From contig JAOZHU010000008.1 of assembly GCA_026014705.1 (NCBI GenBank), forward strand, positions 17,833 to 81,832: a stretch of DNA of 64,000 nucleotides, read 5' to 3'. The notes below the pieces were generated by a model. The model did no database searches. It had not been told where the DNA came from and saw nothing but the letters and a program-made list of their open reading frames with translations. The first letter of the stretch is position 1. Every line of letters begins with the position of its first letter. Of this stretch, positions 17,968 through 28,893 are shown in pieces. The position numbers were made by a program, and so were the translations under genes. The DNA is from Candidatus Bathyarchaeota archaeon (GTDB lineage Archaea > Thermoproteota > Bathyarchaeia > Bathyarchaeales > Bathycorpusculaceae).

Positions 17968-19002
17968 TTATGCTTGTTGTTGAGCACTTTTCACAGCATT
18001 CACTGTCCGCTCCAGCAAGAGCTGCGCTGCTTCTTGTGAAGGCCAACCTCCGAGTCCACAGTCAGGACCTGTAAACGCCAGCCTATCCTCGTACTTGGCT
18101 TTAACGGCAAGGAACCGTTTTTGTATAACTGATGCTTCCTCAACCAGTTGCTCTGCCGTGGGCTTCGCCGCTCCTTTATCATGTAACTCGGCCAAAATCG
18201 CGTCTATGTCTGTTCTCGCCACGCCCACCCGTATCTGCTTGTCCGCTGCTTCCAGCATGCGTCGCGAGACGCTTTCGATGTTCTTCGGTGACGCAGCATA
18301 CTCAAACGATACGACATCAATGTTCTTAACGCTTAGCAGGTCAGGCAACCGCAACGCCGAGTGAAGGTGAACTTGCCTTACTGCGCCTTGAAAATCAAAA
18401 GCCCGCTCCAAAACGTTGCACAAAACATCGCTATCAGCGGTTACATCGGCAAACCCGAAGCTTGGCTCGTCAATGGACACTACTGCTGTTTTGACGTGCT
18501 TCGAGTCTAACAATGCTTTTCGCGCGAAACGTCGAATTGTCTCCGCAAAGCCTTCAAGCACATCCACGTAAGCCACAGAGCCAATCTCTTTCAGATACTG
18601 TTCCATGGGACCGAACAGCGACACACGCAGCTGAATCTTTTTTCCAAACTCTTCGCTGAGGCGTTTGGCTTCGCTTTTAATTAAGTGCACTTCAGGCAGA
18701 ACCGCATGTGACTCATCCACCACAAACGTGCCCTTTTCCATTGCCCTGTGGATGAGGTCACCTACTTGCCGCATGCCGCTGTACTGCTGTGGGTAGTTAA
18801 CGACATCCAGTCCTGTGAGACATTTTTTCTTGAACGCGTCAAGTGTGACTGTGCAGAAATTTCGCTGCACAAAATCGTTTGCACTTGGGTCTTCTCCGTT
18901 TATGATTGCCTCCCTTGCGAGGCAATAGGCTTTATCGAATGTTTCCCTGCCAACGTTCGGAGGCAGTGGAAAACTTCCTATGTCGTCAATTAACGCGTTC
19001 AT
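17968..19002 (-). CDS. Core (cobalamin-independent) methionine synthase-like protein
   Basis: DDIGSFPLP, SIDEPS and GPDCGLGGW motifs. Confidence 0.75.
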   Translation of the reverse strand: MNALIDDIGSFPLPPNVGRETFDKAYCLAREAIINGEDPSANDFVQRNFCTVTLDAFKKKCLTGLDVVNYPQQYSGMRQVGDLIHRAMEKGTFVVDESHAVLPEVHLIKSEAKRLSEEFGKKIQLRVSLFGPMEQYLKEIGSVAYVDVLEGFAETIRRFARKALLDSKHVKTAVVSIDEPSFGFADVTADSDVLCNVLERAFDFQGAVRQVHLHSALRLPDLLSVKNIDVVSFEYAASPKNIESVSRRMLEAADKQIRVGVARTDIDAILAELHDKGAAKPTAEQLVEEASVIQKRFLAVKAKYEDRLAFTGPDCGLGGWPSQEAAQLLLERTVNAVKSAQQQA

Positions 19003-19125
19003 GACGCTATATTTCTTGTTGAAATCTATTAAAGTTATAGCTGTAATGCACAAAAGGTGTTTGCTTAGGCACACGTATAAAAGAGAGAGAAAACTATTTG
19101 CTTAATGCATTAAAGCGGGAAAAAC

Positions 19126-19458
19126 ATGACTGAAGAACCTAATAAGAGTGAAAGCCCACCTGTGGAGAAACTTCTGGTTGACGACCCCACGAACTTTCCG
19201 TTCCACGCTGCTTACATGGTTTATTCAGAAGCATTTGACACGGCAACCAGCAACGAAGCTAAAGCTGATTTGAACATGAACATTGAAGCCCTCAAACAAG
19301 GCAAAATAGACTGTGAAACCTTTTACAGGAACATTGCGCGTTACCGAAGGTTGTCTCCGACGCCGCATCAGGAACGTTTTTCCATAGAAACTCAGAGAAA
19401 ACGAGATTGGCGCATGAAATCCCAAAGAGAAGAACGCATCCGAAGACACAAAAAATAA
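19126..19458 (+). CDS. Hypothetical protein
   Basis: Intact 110-aa ORF with protein-like composition. Confidence 0.65.
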   Translation: MTEEPNKSESPPVEKLLVDDPTNFPFHAAYMVYSEAFDTATSNEAKADLNMNIEALKQGKIDCETFYRNIARYRRLSPTPHQERFSIETQRKRDWRMKSQREERIRRHKK

Positions 19459-19627
19459 CGCTAACACTGGAATAGCTTTCAGAATCTTTTTTATCCGAAG
19501 ACAAAAACTTAACCATTCACTAGGAAGCATGAACAGTTTAGACGTGTTTAAACAGTTTAAAGGGAACTTTTATTTACAGAAGCTACGTTGAAAAGACGCT
19601 TAACGCAAATAAATGGAGTAGTCAAAA

Positions 19628-20392
19628 ATGCGGTCATCAGAAATTGCGATGATAGGAATCTGCGCCGCTTTGTATGCGGTAATAGGGCTCTTAACTAGTT
19701 TCGGTCTCAGCTTAGGCGGCGTAGCCTTTTGGCCTGCAGTGGTAATTCCTTCAGTATTCGCCGTCTTGTTTGGTCCTTGGGTAGGCGGAACAGGAGCAGC
19801 CATAGGAATATTCATAAGAGACGTAATCTACCATGGCGACCCCTTACTTAGCTTGTCTGCCGGAGTCACAGGCAACTTCGCCATGTGCTTCCTAATAGGA
19901 TACATCTCGCGCACCAGCCTTAGCCGCAAAAAACTCGGCATCAGCGTAATAGTCAGCGGCTCCGTAATCATTGCCGGCATATTGCTGCCGACCTTGCTGT
20001 TGCCCGCTGAATCGGCGCTTTTCACAGGGTTGAGAAACTCCGAGATAATCGCTCTGCTAGCAGCAGTTGTTGCCGCAAGTGTCCTTGCAGTTGCGGTGTT
20101 GTTTGCGTTCAAGAAAGAGTGGAGAAATTTCAGTTCAGGTGCTTTGATTGGGCAAGGCGTAGGCGCGACCATCGTGGCGATTGTCGTGTGGTTGTACAGT
20201 AACTTATTTTTTTCTCCAGGCGGCTACTTCAAATCGCCGTTGCCGTCTTCATTTGTCCCGCTAGTGTTTGTGTGGACAGTAGCCACAGAAATCCCTTTCG
20301 TGCTAGTTCTCGGCCCGCCCATAATCAAAGCAGCTTACAGGGCTTTCCCAGCACTTAGGCTCACACAAAAAACGGAGAAAAAGGCGACATAA
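19628..20392 (+). CDS. ECF transporter S component (QueT/PanT-like)
   Basis: IGICAALYA, LFGPWVGGTGAAIG and multiple TM helices; operonic with CoA genes. Confidence 0.78.
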   Translation: MRSSEIAMIGICAALYAVIGLLTSFGLSLGGVAFWPAVVIPSVFAVLFGPWVGGTGAAIGIFIRDVIYHGDPLLSLSAGVTGNFAMCFLIGYISRTSLSRKKLGISVIVSGSVIIAGILLPTLLLPAESALFTGLRNSEIIALLAAVVAASVLAVAVLFAFKKEWRNFSSGALIGQGVGATIVAIVVWLYSNLFFSPGGYFKSPLPSSFVPLVFVWTVATEIPFVLVLGPPIIKAAYRAFPALRLTQKTEKKAT

Positions 20393-21339
20393 TGACCAAA
20401 CGAACAGCCAAAGCTTTCTCACCCGCTGGAATTTCAAGTTTCTTTGAAATCTGCGACAGAACAGCCGACGGCAAGCCTACCGCGGACTTAGAGCATGTTG
20501 GTGCCAGAGGCGGCGGTTTCGCACTTCAGAAAGGTGTCTCAACCTCGGTTTCAGCGTCAGAAGCAGCAAACTCGGGCGTTCGCGTTTACATAAATGGAAA
20601 ACTTGCGCCGGAAGCAGAGACCACAAGTACCGCCGTCCAGATGCTGCTGAGCAACGCTCGCTGTGCTTACGCTGTCGTTGTCGAGCATGAAGTTTCAGTT
20701 CCAATCGGCGCTGGGTTCGGCACAAGTGCAGGCGGAGCTTTAACCGCGGCGTTGGCGCTTTCAAGAGCGTTAGAGTTGCCGTTAACGTTCAATCAGATTG
20801 GCAGAATCGCGCATGTTGCTGAAGTTAAATGCAAGACTGGTTTAGGCACTGTTGGCCCATTGATGATTGGCGGATGCATTCTCACGGTTCAGCCAGGCGC
20901 GCCTGGCTTTAGCGTCATCGACCGCATCCCGTTGGATTCAGATTACGCTGTTGTTGCTGGCGTTTTCGGATCCACGCCCACTCGGCAAGTGCTTTCCTCT
21001 GAGGAGCAGAGGCGCAAGGTTAACAGTTACGGAAGAAAAACTTTGGACGCTATTTTGGCTAAGCCAACGTTGGAGAATTTTTTGGCATGTTGCTGGGACT
21101 TCGCTGAGAATGCAGGTTTCGCTACGGAACGTGTTCGGCAGCTAGTGCGGTTAGCGGAGAAGGCTGGTGCTGTTGGCGCAGCGCAGAACATGGTCGGGGA
21201 AGCGGTTCATGCAGTGACCCATGAGGGAAACGCTGCGGATATAGCAGAAGCTTTTAAGCAGTTGTTACCAAACGAGAACATTGTTACGTCTAGAATTGAT
21301 ATGCAGGGAGCTAGGCTGGTGGAGCATGAAAAAGTTTAG
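20392..21339 (+). CDS. Pantoate kinase (GHMP family)
   Basis: AFSPAGISSFF, PIGAGFGTSA, AHVAEV..KTGLGTV and AQNMVGE motifs. Confidence 0.9.
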   Translation: MTKRTAKAFSPAGISSFFEICDRTADGKPTADLEHVGARGGGFALQKGVSTSVSASEAANSGVRVYINGKLAPEAETTSTAVQMLLSNARCAYAVVVEHEVSVPIGAGFGTSAGGALTAALALSRALELPLTFNQIGRIAHVAEVKCKTGLGTVGPLMIGGCILTVQPGAPGFSVIDRIPLDSDYAVVAGVFGSTPTRQVLSSEEQRRKVNSYGRKTLDAILAKPTLENFLACCWDFAENAGFATERVRQLVRLAEKAGAVGAAQNMVGEAVHAVTHEGNAADIAEAFKQLLPNENIVTSRIDMQGARLVEHEKV

Positions 21340-21811
21340 GAAAGTAGGAGTTGGCGGAACATTCGATGAACTTCACAGAGGCCACCGCGTTTTGCTTGCG
21401 AAAGCTTTTAAGATTGGCGAACGTGTTGCTGTTGGCTTGTGTTCCGACGAGTTCGTGAAGAAGTTAGGCAAGCCGCATGTGACGGCTTCTTACGAAGAGC
21501 GATTGAAAGAGTTGAAGGCTTTTCTGGGCGATTTAGGCGTGGTTGAAAGGGCTGAGGTTGTTCCTTTGAATGACCAGTTTGGCACAACCTTGAGCGGAGG
21601 TTGCATTGAAGCGTTAGTTGTGAGTGAAGAGACTAAACCGATTGCTGTTCGGATTAACGATAAAAGGCGAGAGGTAGGTCTGCCGCCGCTGGAAATAGTC
21701 ACCGTGCTCATGGTGCCTTCTGAAAACTGTGCACCCATTTCTACCACAAGAATCCGCAAGGGCGAGATGGACCGCGAAGGTCGCTTGCTGAAAAACTGTG
21801 GCAAGCGCTGA
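21326..21811 (+). CDS. coaD: Phosphopantetheine adenylyltransferase (archaeal type)
   Basis: VGGTFDELHRGH, VVSEET and ISTTRIR motifs. Confidence 0.92.
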   Translation: MKKFRKVGVGGTFDELHRGHRVLLAKAFKIGERVAVGLCSDEFVKKLGKPHVTASYEERLKELKAFLGDLGVVERAEVVPLNDQFGTTLSGGCIEALVVSEETKPIAVRINDKRREVGLPPLEIVTVLMVPSENCAPISTTRIRKGEMDREGRLLKNCGKR

Positions 21812-22041
21812 AACATTAACTTAATAGTTAGTTGTATAAAGCCAATTGTTGCCTACGAGATGTTTTTAAGGCAGTTCCAGCAGGTCTGTGAGAACGGCTG
21901 TGTGTTATACTGGATGGATAAGCTATTTTCGGCTCGTAATATTGCCAAATTGGACTTATTGCCTTCTGAGAAATCTGGCTTATATCGGCTTTCGTAACTT
22001 ATGAGACACTGTAACACGGCTTAAGGAGGAAACCAAAAATC

Positions 22042-22746
22042 ATACCTACAACAAACCATGAAAATAACCGCGATTTCGAAACGCAGATAATAATCGCGGC
22101 TTTAAACGAGGAACCAGGCATTGGGCAAACAATAACGGAGCTTACAGAAAACTTGAACACAACTCGTGTCTTAGTCGTTGACGGCAATAGCCATGATAGA
22201 ACCGTGGAAATCGCCAAAAACTGTGGCGCAGAAATCGTTTTTCAAGATGGCGTCGGCAAAGGCGACGCAATAGCGAAGGCGCTTGGATACACTGATTCTG
22301 ACGTTAAATACATTGTGCTTACTGATGCCGACTTCACGTATCCGGCGGAGTATGTTCCTAAAATGATTGAGATACTGGAGCGGAACCCTCGCGTGGGTAT
22401 GGTTTGCGGGAACAGGTTCAGTCAACGCGTTGATTCGGAAACTTTGCGGGGGTCATTCTATTTGGGAAACAGGCTGCTGGCTTTTGCACATAACCTCTTT
22501 AACGGCGTGGACATGCGTGATCCGTTGACTGGTTTGCGCGTTATACGCGCTGAAATACTTCGCGATGTATCTTTGAAATCTAAGGGTTTCGATATTGAGG
22601 TTGAACTGAACCGCTGGGTGGAGCGGAAAGGCTTTGAAATTGTTGAAGTGCCAATTATCTATCGGAAGCGGTTGGGCGAGAAAAAACTGAAACTGAAACA
22701 TGGTTCAACCATCTTAAAGCGGATACTGCTCGAAACCACTTACTGA
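22042..22746 (+). CDS. Glycosyltransferase family 2 (Dol-P-sugar synthase-like)
   Basis: IIAALNEE upstream of the tracked start, VVDGNSHDRT, GKGDA, DADFTYP and KGFDIEVE; start uncertain and probably non-canonical. Confidence 0.85.
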   Translation: MPTTNHENNRDFETQIIIAALNEEPGIGQTITELTENLNTTRVLVVDGNSHDRTVEIAKNCGAEIVFQDGVGKGDAIAKALGYTDSDVKYIVLTDADFTYPAEYVPKMIEILERNPRVGMVCGNRFSQRVDSETLRGSFYLGNRLLAFAHNLFNGVDMRDPLTGLRVIRAEILRDVSLKSKGFDIEVELNRWVERKGFEIVEVPIIYRKRLGEKKLKLKHGSTILKRILLETTY

Positions 22747-22760
22747 TTGTCTTTCATTTT

Positions 22761-23528
22761 TTAGAACTCGAATCTTGGTTCAGAAGCAACTGAAGATAGC
22801 AGTTTTTCTGCTGCCTCTTCCTGCTTTTCTGTGCCGCTGACCGCGAGTAAGCAGCTGCCTTCTGCCCCACAGACACCGCCGGCTGCAATCAACTCGGCGG
22901 TGGCGCTTGTTAAGAGGGTTATTGCATCTAACTCTGTGAACACTTGGCCAGGGACTGGAAACAGGCGGTACCCTTTTGCGCTAGGCATGTTTATTTTTGC
23001 GGCTATTGTGTGTAAATCTCCGCATAGGCGTTTTTCTAAGCCTACAGGTATGATTAGGCTGACGCGCCGTCCCAGCACGGCTTGCAGAGCCACGGCTATT
23101 GTTCCAGCTTTAGTGTGTCCTATTAAGATGGCTGCTTGTTTCTTCTGCAAATCCAAAGCGTTCGCGCCTTTTAGGATAACGTCGCCTTCTTTGAGGTCGT
23201 CAACTACGTTGGCTATTGTTTTGCCTTTCTGCCACATGCCCCGCGTTATTATTACGTCGCCTGGAAATTTGCTTTCGTCAGTCAAGCGTCCTTCAGCGGT
23301 TACTGTTTTCGCGGGTGGCAAGATTATGCCGCGGAAGAAGTGTTTTCTGGAGAAATCGCCAGTTATGCCGTGTGTTTTGAAGATTTCTTCGGTTACGTAG
23401 CCGTTGGTTGTGCCTGCAAGGATAACGATGGTTCCCTGTTTTAAGGCATTTTGCACTGTGGGATGCGTTGCTAGTGCTTTGGCGATTAGTCGTTTTCCCG
23501 CAGCGGGTGTAATAACGTACTGTTTCAT
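22761..23528 (-). CDS. Conserved hypothetical protein
   Basis: [27 protein letters not shown] and GGVCGAEG segments look conserved; function unknown. Confidence 0.7.
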   Translation of the reverse strand: MKQYVITPAAGKRLIAKALATHPTVQNALKQGTIVILAGTTNGYVTEEIFKTHGITGDFSRKHFFRGIILPPAKTVTAEGRLTDESKFPGDVIITRGMWQKGKTIANVVDDLKEGDVILKGANALDLQKKQAAILIGHTKAGTIAVALQAVLGRRVSLIIPVGLEKRLCGDLHTIAAKINMPSAKGYRLFPVPGQVFTELDAITLLTSATAELIAAGGVCGAEGSCLLAVSGTEKQEEAAEKLLSSVASEPRFEF

Positions 23529-23700
23529 GCGTTCTCATCCCGTTTTTTCAGTTGGTTTGCGCTGGTGATTTAGATGGCATGTTGATAATAAATCTTAGTG
23601 GATTGCTGGGGTTTGTTGTTGGTTTTTGCTTTTTTGGCTATTTTTGCTCAATGTGTGCATTAGCCTTTTGATGTGGTGGAAAAAAGCATACGTGTGATGG

Positions 23701-24261
23701 TTATTCTTTTGGATTGACTTCAAAGGTCATGTAACCCAGACTTAGTGTGTTGCTTGTCATCGTTGGAAAGACTATGACAGGAGAACCGTCTAGACTTACG
23801 GTTAATTCGTGCCAGCAGTTTCTTGCTACTTCAACGATAAAGCGGTCTGTGTAGTTGGGGATGTTGTATATCTCCACGAAGGCTTCGATGTCTCCGTGTT
23901 CTTGTTGTCCATGTTGGAACACCCAATAGTTGACGGTTGTTTGAAAGTAGTCTTCGCTGTCTTCTTCTCGTAGCTCATAGAAATCGCAAACGCGGATGGG
24001 ATTGGTGAAATTTGTTTCTGTGATGTTTACGGTTAGGCGGTTTTTGATGGCTGTTATTTCCTCATATAACGGCAAATTCGCTTTTTCAGGTGACAGCTGT
24101 GGGCGTAGCGTCAAAAGATTCAGTAGCGCAAGCGTAGCCGTCGCTGAGAAAACCAACGATAGAATAATTACTTTTCTCTTTTTTATTTCAATTCCCCCGA
24201 TTTTTTGTCTGCTCTGCAGGGTAAAAAATTTTGCGTGCGCCGAAAAGGTGAGTTCTAGCAT
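23701..24261 (-). CDS. Hypothetical membrane-anchored protein
   Basis: KKRK followed by a hydrophobic helix near the N-terminus; true start probably later than 24261. Confidence 0.55.
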   Translation of the reverse strand: MLELTFSAHAKFFTLQSRQKIGGIEIKKRKVIILSLVFSATATLALLNLLTLRPQLSPEKANLPLYEEITAIKNRLTVNITETNFTNPIRVCDFYELREEDSEDYFQTTVNYWVFQHGQQEHGDIEAFVEIYNIPNYTDRFIVEVARNCWHELTVSLDGSPVIVFPTMTSNTLSLGYMTFEVNPKE

Positions 24262-24359
24262 AGGTTTCGATTAGTTTCTTCGAAGACTGGCAACGTTTAT
24301 TGTTAAGTTCGGTTTGAAAGCAAAAAAAGGGTGGGGATTATTCTTTAGTGTACGTGGTT

Positions 24360-26060
24360 TTATGGTGGATAAAGCAGAGTTGAGTCGTCACCGCCAGTAA
24401 CGTAGCTGTTTATCGTGTTGACTGTCGTGACTTTGCCTGTTGAATCGATGACCATGCTGAAAACTATCCATATGTCGGTGCCTGAAGGCTGGTTTGAAGG
24501 TGGTGTAAAGCGATAAATGCCTTTATTTGGGATTACTAGGTTGACTTCTGCGTTTGACGTGGCTATTTTGCCTTCTCCGTCGAAGTGTCTCACTGAGTAT
24601 TGATAGGTTCCCGGACGCAGTTTTGAGATAGATATAACTTCGGGTCCATAGCTGTCTGTGTCGTCAGTATCTAAGTTCGCGAAAGGCGTCGAAGTTAACG
24701 AGCCTTCTTCCCAATAGTAGACATGGAATGTTCCGCCACCGTCCAATTTAGCTGCGAGGTGGCTATCTAAGTCTTCTGGGGTCAAGCCCCATGTTAACGT
24801 AATCTGTATCACTGGTGCGTCTATTACTATGTCGCCGACGTTGTATTCTTCATTTTGTACTAAGGGACCTGCTTGGAAGACTGTGCTTTTATGGCCACCT
24901 TTGGATGCTTGGTACTTGAATGTTACGCCAACTTCTACTGGGATTCGCGTGAAGGTGCCGTCTGCTTTGGTTTCGGTTTCGCCGCTTGCCCATCTCTGCT
25001 GGTACCATCCTGTTCCCCAGCATTTGACTTGGGCGCCTTGAACTGGGTTGCCGTTGGAGTCTACGACGCGTCCGCTTACGTATGCTGCGGGGTAGCGGAT
25101 GTCAAAGTTCCAAGTTGAGAAGTGGCTCACTGTGCCTGTGAAGCTTCCTGAGGCTGCGTCGTATGTGCCTTGTCCTTCTTCTTGCCAGACGCCTGTGGCT
25201 GGGTCGAAGTACCACATTGGGCACGTGCCTAAGGCTGCTGCTTCGCTTTGCATGCTGTATGGGACTTTAATCTGGATTGTGGCGTTTTGGCCGCTTGCCA
25301 ACTGCAGTTGTTCGCCGCTTTGGCTTGTTATGGATACTTCCATGAAGCCGAAGGATTTAATGGGCGAGATTGTCTGGTCTGCTGCGGATTTTCCGAGGTA
25401 TTCGCCTGGGAAGGCGTTGGCTTCCATTTCGTTGCTTGGGTCGAAGGATGTTACGGTGGCTTCTGCCATTCCCGTGTATAGCGTGTTTTGCAGTGTTCTC
25501 AGCGAGTTTGCCGCGATTACGAGTCTAGCGTTGTCCACGGTTGTTATCGTGATGCCTTGGGCGGCGTCGAAGGTGACGGTTGTGTCGGCAGGGCTTAGTG
25601 TGACTTCCACGAAGTTGCTTTCTCCAGAGTAAATGTTGGTCACTTTGTAGGTGGTGGCATAGCCGTTTTTGGTGAATTTGACGACTTGTTTGCTTCCTGG
25701 CAGGACGTTTGCTACGCTGAACCATCCTTGGTCGTTTGTTGAGCTTGTCTTTCCGCTTATGCTGACTGTGACATCGGAGAGAGCGGAGCCTGAGGTGTCA
25801 ACTACTGTGCCTATCAGCACGCCGTAGGTTACGATGCTCGTTCCTCCAGTGGGCGTAGGCGTAGGTGACGGTGTTGGCGTCGGATTAATCGTGCCAGGGC
25901 GCCACGGAATGATGTTGAAGACGAGAAGCATCACTATGATGATGACGGCTGCTGCGACGACGGCTGCGGAAATTATGCCTGTTTTTCTTTTGCTACCTGT
26001 CTTGGTTGGTGGCGGAGGTGGAGGAGGCGGATAAGCTAGTTTGAATAAACGTTTAGTCAT
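24360..26060 (-). CDS. Membrane-anchored surface protein with carboxypeptidase-regulatory-like domains and a YfaP/DUF2135-like C-domain
   Basis: Poly-Pro, TM helix, PT linker, GTVVD/GRVVD repeats, SHFSTWN, LTWG...DLDSH...LDTDD..YGPE. Confidence 0.78.
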   Translation of the reverse strand: MTKRLFKLAYPPPPPPPPTKTGSKRKTGIISAAVVAAAVIIIVMLLVFNIIPWRPGTINPTPTPSPTPTPTGGTSIVTYGVLIGTVVDTSGSALSDVTVSISGKTSSTNDQGWFSVANVLPGSKQVVKFTKNGYATTYKVTNIYSGESNFVEVTLSPADTTVTFDAAQGITITTVDNARLVIAANSLRTLQNTLYTGMAEATVTSFDPSNEMEANAFPGEYLGKSAADQTISPIKSFGFMEVSITSQSGEQLQLASGQNATIQIKVPYSMQSEAAALGTCPMWYFDPATGVWQEEGQGTYDAASGSFTGTVSHFSTWNFDIRYPAAYVSGRVVDSNGNPVQGAQVKCWGTGWYQQRWASGETETKADGTFTRIPVEVGVTFKYQASKGGHKSTVFQAGPLVQNEEYNVGDIVIDAPVIQITLTWGLTPEDLDSHLAAKLDGGGTFHVYYWEEGSLTSTPFANLDTDDTDSYGPEVISISKLRPGTYQYSVRHFDGEGKIATSNAEVNLVIPNKGIYRFTPPSNQPSGTDIWIVFSMVIDSTGKVTTVNTINSYVTGGDDSTLLYPP

Positions 26061-26165
26061 TTGTTTCACCTTGGTTTACAACCTCTCGCTGCGCTTGCAT
26101 ATAAGTTTACTTTCCAGCTTCGGCGGATAGACACATCGTGAAAACTCATTTTTTTAAGAAAAGTG

Positions 26166-26243
26166 TGGCGGGCTCGACGGGAATTGAACCCGCGACCCCC
26201 GGATTAAAAGTCCGGTGCTCTAGCCTGACTGAGCTACGAGCCC
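26166..26243 (-). tRNA. tRNA-Lys(UUU), CCA encoded
   Basis: Cloverleaf GGGCTCG/CGAGCCC; anticodon arm CCGGA-CTTTTAA-TCCGG; GGTTCAATTCC. Confidence 0.96.
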
Positions 26244-26686
26244 TCTGACTCGCGTTGTCGTTCATAGGGAAAACAAAAGAGGTTTTTTAGCATTTCGATT
26301 CGCACAGCAGGTTTGCCAACAAGAATCAATGATTTGTTCAGCCCAAAAAAGCAACATTGCTTTATGGCACTCAATAGACAATAAATTGACGCGAAATATT
26401 TGAAGCCATTATCAGTTGTATGCATAAACATGTAAGTTTATCTATTAAGCTGTTAATCTGCTTCAAGTATGCGTGCTCCTGTTGTTGGGTTCTAAAAGGG
26501 ATTGGAGTTATCTAGGTAGGAGAACGATAACTTACATTTGGGTGAAGATTTACCTGAATTTTTGTGTTCACAAGTTTCAAGGCGCATTCCACGTTAAAGT
26601 GCATGAGCATTGCTTGTTGTGTTTTTCCCTTCGTTTTGTTTAAATATTAGTGTTGGTGTTTATGCTGTGCAAGAGGATAAATTAGA

Positions 26687-27127
26687 ATGGGTTCCAAGTC
26701 TCCACGCGGCGAATTTGCCGCACGGCAATTAAAGAAGAAGCGGAAAAACTTCCGTTGGTCAGATCGTTACTATAACCGCCGCATGCTCATGCTTGACCAA
26801 AAAGTCGACCCTATGGAAGGCGCACCCATGAGCAGAGGCATAGTTCTCGAAAAAGTAGGTGTTGAATCTAAGCAGCCTAACAGCGCCATCCGCAAATGCG
26901 TTCGCACCCAACTAATCAAGAACGGGCGTGTGATCACAGCATTTTTGCCAGGCGACGGCGCACTCAATCTGGTTGACGAACACGATGAGGTAACCGTTGA
27001 AGGTATAGGCGGCACTCGTGGCGGAGCCATGGGTGACATTCCTGGTGTTCGCTGGAAGGTTATAATGGTCAACGGTGTATCTTTGAACGAGCTGGTTTAT
27101 GGAAGAAAGCAGAAGCCTGCACGGTGA
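26687..27127 (+). CDS. rps12: 30S ribosomal protein S12 (uS12)
   Basis: [12 protein letters not shown] and [10 protein letters not shown] motifs. Confidence 0.97.
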   Translation: MGSKSPRGEFAARQLKKKRKNFRWSDRYYNRRMLMLDQKVDPMEGAPMSRGIVLEKVGVESKQPNSAIRKCVRTQLIKNGRVITAFLPGDGALNLVDEHDEVTVEGIGGTRGGAMGDIPGVRWKVIMVNGVSLNELVYGRKQKPAR

Positions 27128-27132
27128 CATGC

Positions 27133-27714
27133 ATGAGCACGACAACGCAAACAGAAATTAAGCTTTTCCAGAAATGGAGCTTCAAAGACATTAAGGTTAA
27201 CGATTTAGGGTTGCAGCGTTACTTGAATTTGACGCCAATGGTGGCGCCGCACAGCATGGGCAGGCATGAGCATCAGAGGTTCCGCAAAGCAAACGTGAAC
27301 ATTGTTGAGCGTTTGATTAATAACCTTATGCGCCCCGGCAAAAACGCAGGCAAAAAAGCCAAAACGACTAATATCGTCAAACAAGCCTTCGAAATAATAA
27401 ACTTGCGTACAGGAAAAAACCCTGTAGAAGTCTTAGTTAGGGCAGTGGAAAACTCGGCGCCATGCGAAGACACCACGCGTATCAGCTACGGAGGCGTAGT
27501 CTACCATCTGTCAGTGGATGTTGCCCCGCAAAGGCGCATAGACTTAGCTATTAGGCATATTAGCGAAGGTGCACGTGCTGCTTCGCTTAACACGCCACGT
27601 TCAATAGAAGAATGCATAGCTGACGAATTGATTCTGGCAGCGAACAACGACATTAAGAGTTCCGCCGTAGCCAAGCGCAACGAAATAGAACGTGTTGCGC
27701 AGTCCTCGCGGTAA
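27133..27714 (+). CDS. rps7: 30S ribosomal protein S7 (uS7)
   Basis: IVERLINNLM, NPVEVLVRAVENSAP and ERVAQSSR motifs. Confidence 0.97.
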   Translation: MSTTTQTEIKLFQKWSFKDIKVNDLGLQRYLNLTPMVAPHSMGRHEHQRFRKANVNIVERLINNLMRPGKNAGKKAKTTNIVKQAFEIINLRTGKNPVEVLVRAVENSAPCEDTTRISYGGVVYHLSVDVAPQRRIDLAIRHISEGARAASLNTPRSIEECIADELILAANNDIKSSAVAKRNEIERVAQSSR

Positions 27715-27717
27715 TCG

Positions 27718-28893
27718 CTATCGTACGTGAATCTCCACTACGTCGCCGTCTTCCAACACGAATCCTAAACCCACTTTCTGCGGGCTAAAAGCTAAGCGCT
27801 TAGACCAAACTTTTGCAAACGCAAAGTCTCGCTCAAAATCAGTGTGGATGCTTTTCGCTAAATCATGCAGCGTTGCGTTCTTCTTCAAAGTAAATGGTTT
27901 CTTTGAAAAGTCTCTGGCGCTGGGTTCCTTAGTGTACACGCGGATTATGCCTAACGCCTTGAACAGGCTGCTGCCGAGTTTTTCTAAACCGAGCTTTTTC
28001 TCGCAAGAGACAGCGACAATTGGAATTTTCCCGTCGACATAAGTCTCTAGCAACCGCAAATTCGCGTCTGCACATGTCAAATCTAGTTTATTCGCCACAA
28101 TCACTGCTGGTCTGTAAGTGGTGCTTTCGAAAATTGCGTCTTCGACGTCATCCAAAGTTACTTCACCTGAAATCTTGACGATTGCATCAGTGATTCGGTA
28201 ACTCCTCAACAGCGCTTCAACTTCTCGCATCGTGCAGTCAACGAGTTTCCCGACCAAAATTATTCGCAGGCTTGCGCCAGCGTATCGTCGGTCAATGTCC
28301 ACGCGTCCTTTAGGCTTGCTAACTAGGACACGTGCCTTCTCCAGCTCGCTTAAAATTAGTTCCAACTGTGCAATAGGGTTTTCAGATAAGTCTACCATCA
28401 AAATTAAGCCATCTGCGTTTCTCGCAACTGCAAGCGTCTGCAATCCCCACGCGCGTCCATCAGCTGAGCCTTCCATCAGCGCAGGTGCTTCAACAATCTG
28501 GAACTGTACATCCTCGAAGTTCATCACTGCAGGCACAGGCTCACGCGTTGCGTAAGGTGCCGTGGAAACCAAAACGTTCGCGTTCGTAACCGCAGATAGG
28601 AGGCAGCTTTTTCCTGCTTTAGTTACGCCGAGCAGTGCTACCTGCGCAGCGCCTTCTTTCTCGATGAAAAATTTCGGTCCCCCCCGCGCCGCGCGTTTTT
28701 GTTTCTTCTCTTCCATCTCTTTGCGCAAAACAGCCATTTTTTTCTTTATCTGCCCGCGAAGCTTCAATGTTCCTTTGTGCTGCGGAACGCAGCTGAGGAA
28801 CTCCTGCATTTTCTGCAGTTTCTCTTTGGGATGGCGGGCTGCTTCAACCTCAGCCCACTTGTCCTTTGCTTCAGGAGGCAAATTCGTTGGCAT
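27718..28893 (-). CDS. DRG/Obg-family GTP-binding protein with TGS domain
   Basis: MPTNLPPEA, GVTKAGKS, NKLD and C-terminal DGDVVEIH motifs. Confidence 0.9.
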   Translation of the reverse strand: MPTNLPPEAKDKWAEVEAARHPKEKLQKMQEFLSCVPQHKGTLKLRGQIKKKMAVLRKEMEEKKQKRAARGGPKFFIEKEGAAQVALLGVTKAGKSCLLSAVTNANVLVSTAPYATREPVPAVMNFEDVQFQIVEAPALMEGSADGRAWGLQTLAVARNADGLILMVDLSENPIAQLELILSELEKARVLVSKPKGRVDIDRRYAGASLRIILVGKLVDCTMREVEALLRSYRITDAIVKISGEVTLDDVEDAIFESTTYRPAVIVANKLDLTCADANLRLLETYVDGKIPIVAVSCEKKLGLEKLGSSLFKALGIIRVYTKEPSARDFSKKPFTLKKNATLHDLAKSIHTDFERDFAFAKVWSKRLAFSPQKVGLGFVLEDGDVVEIHVR

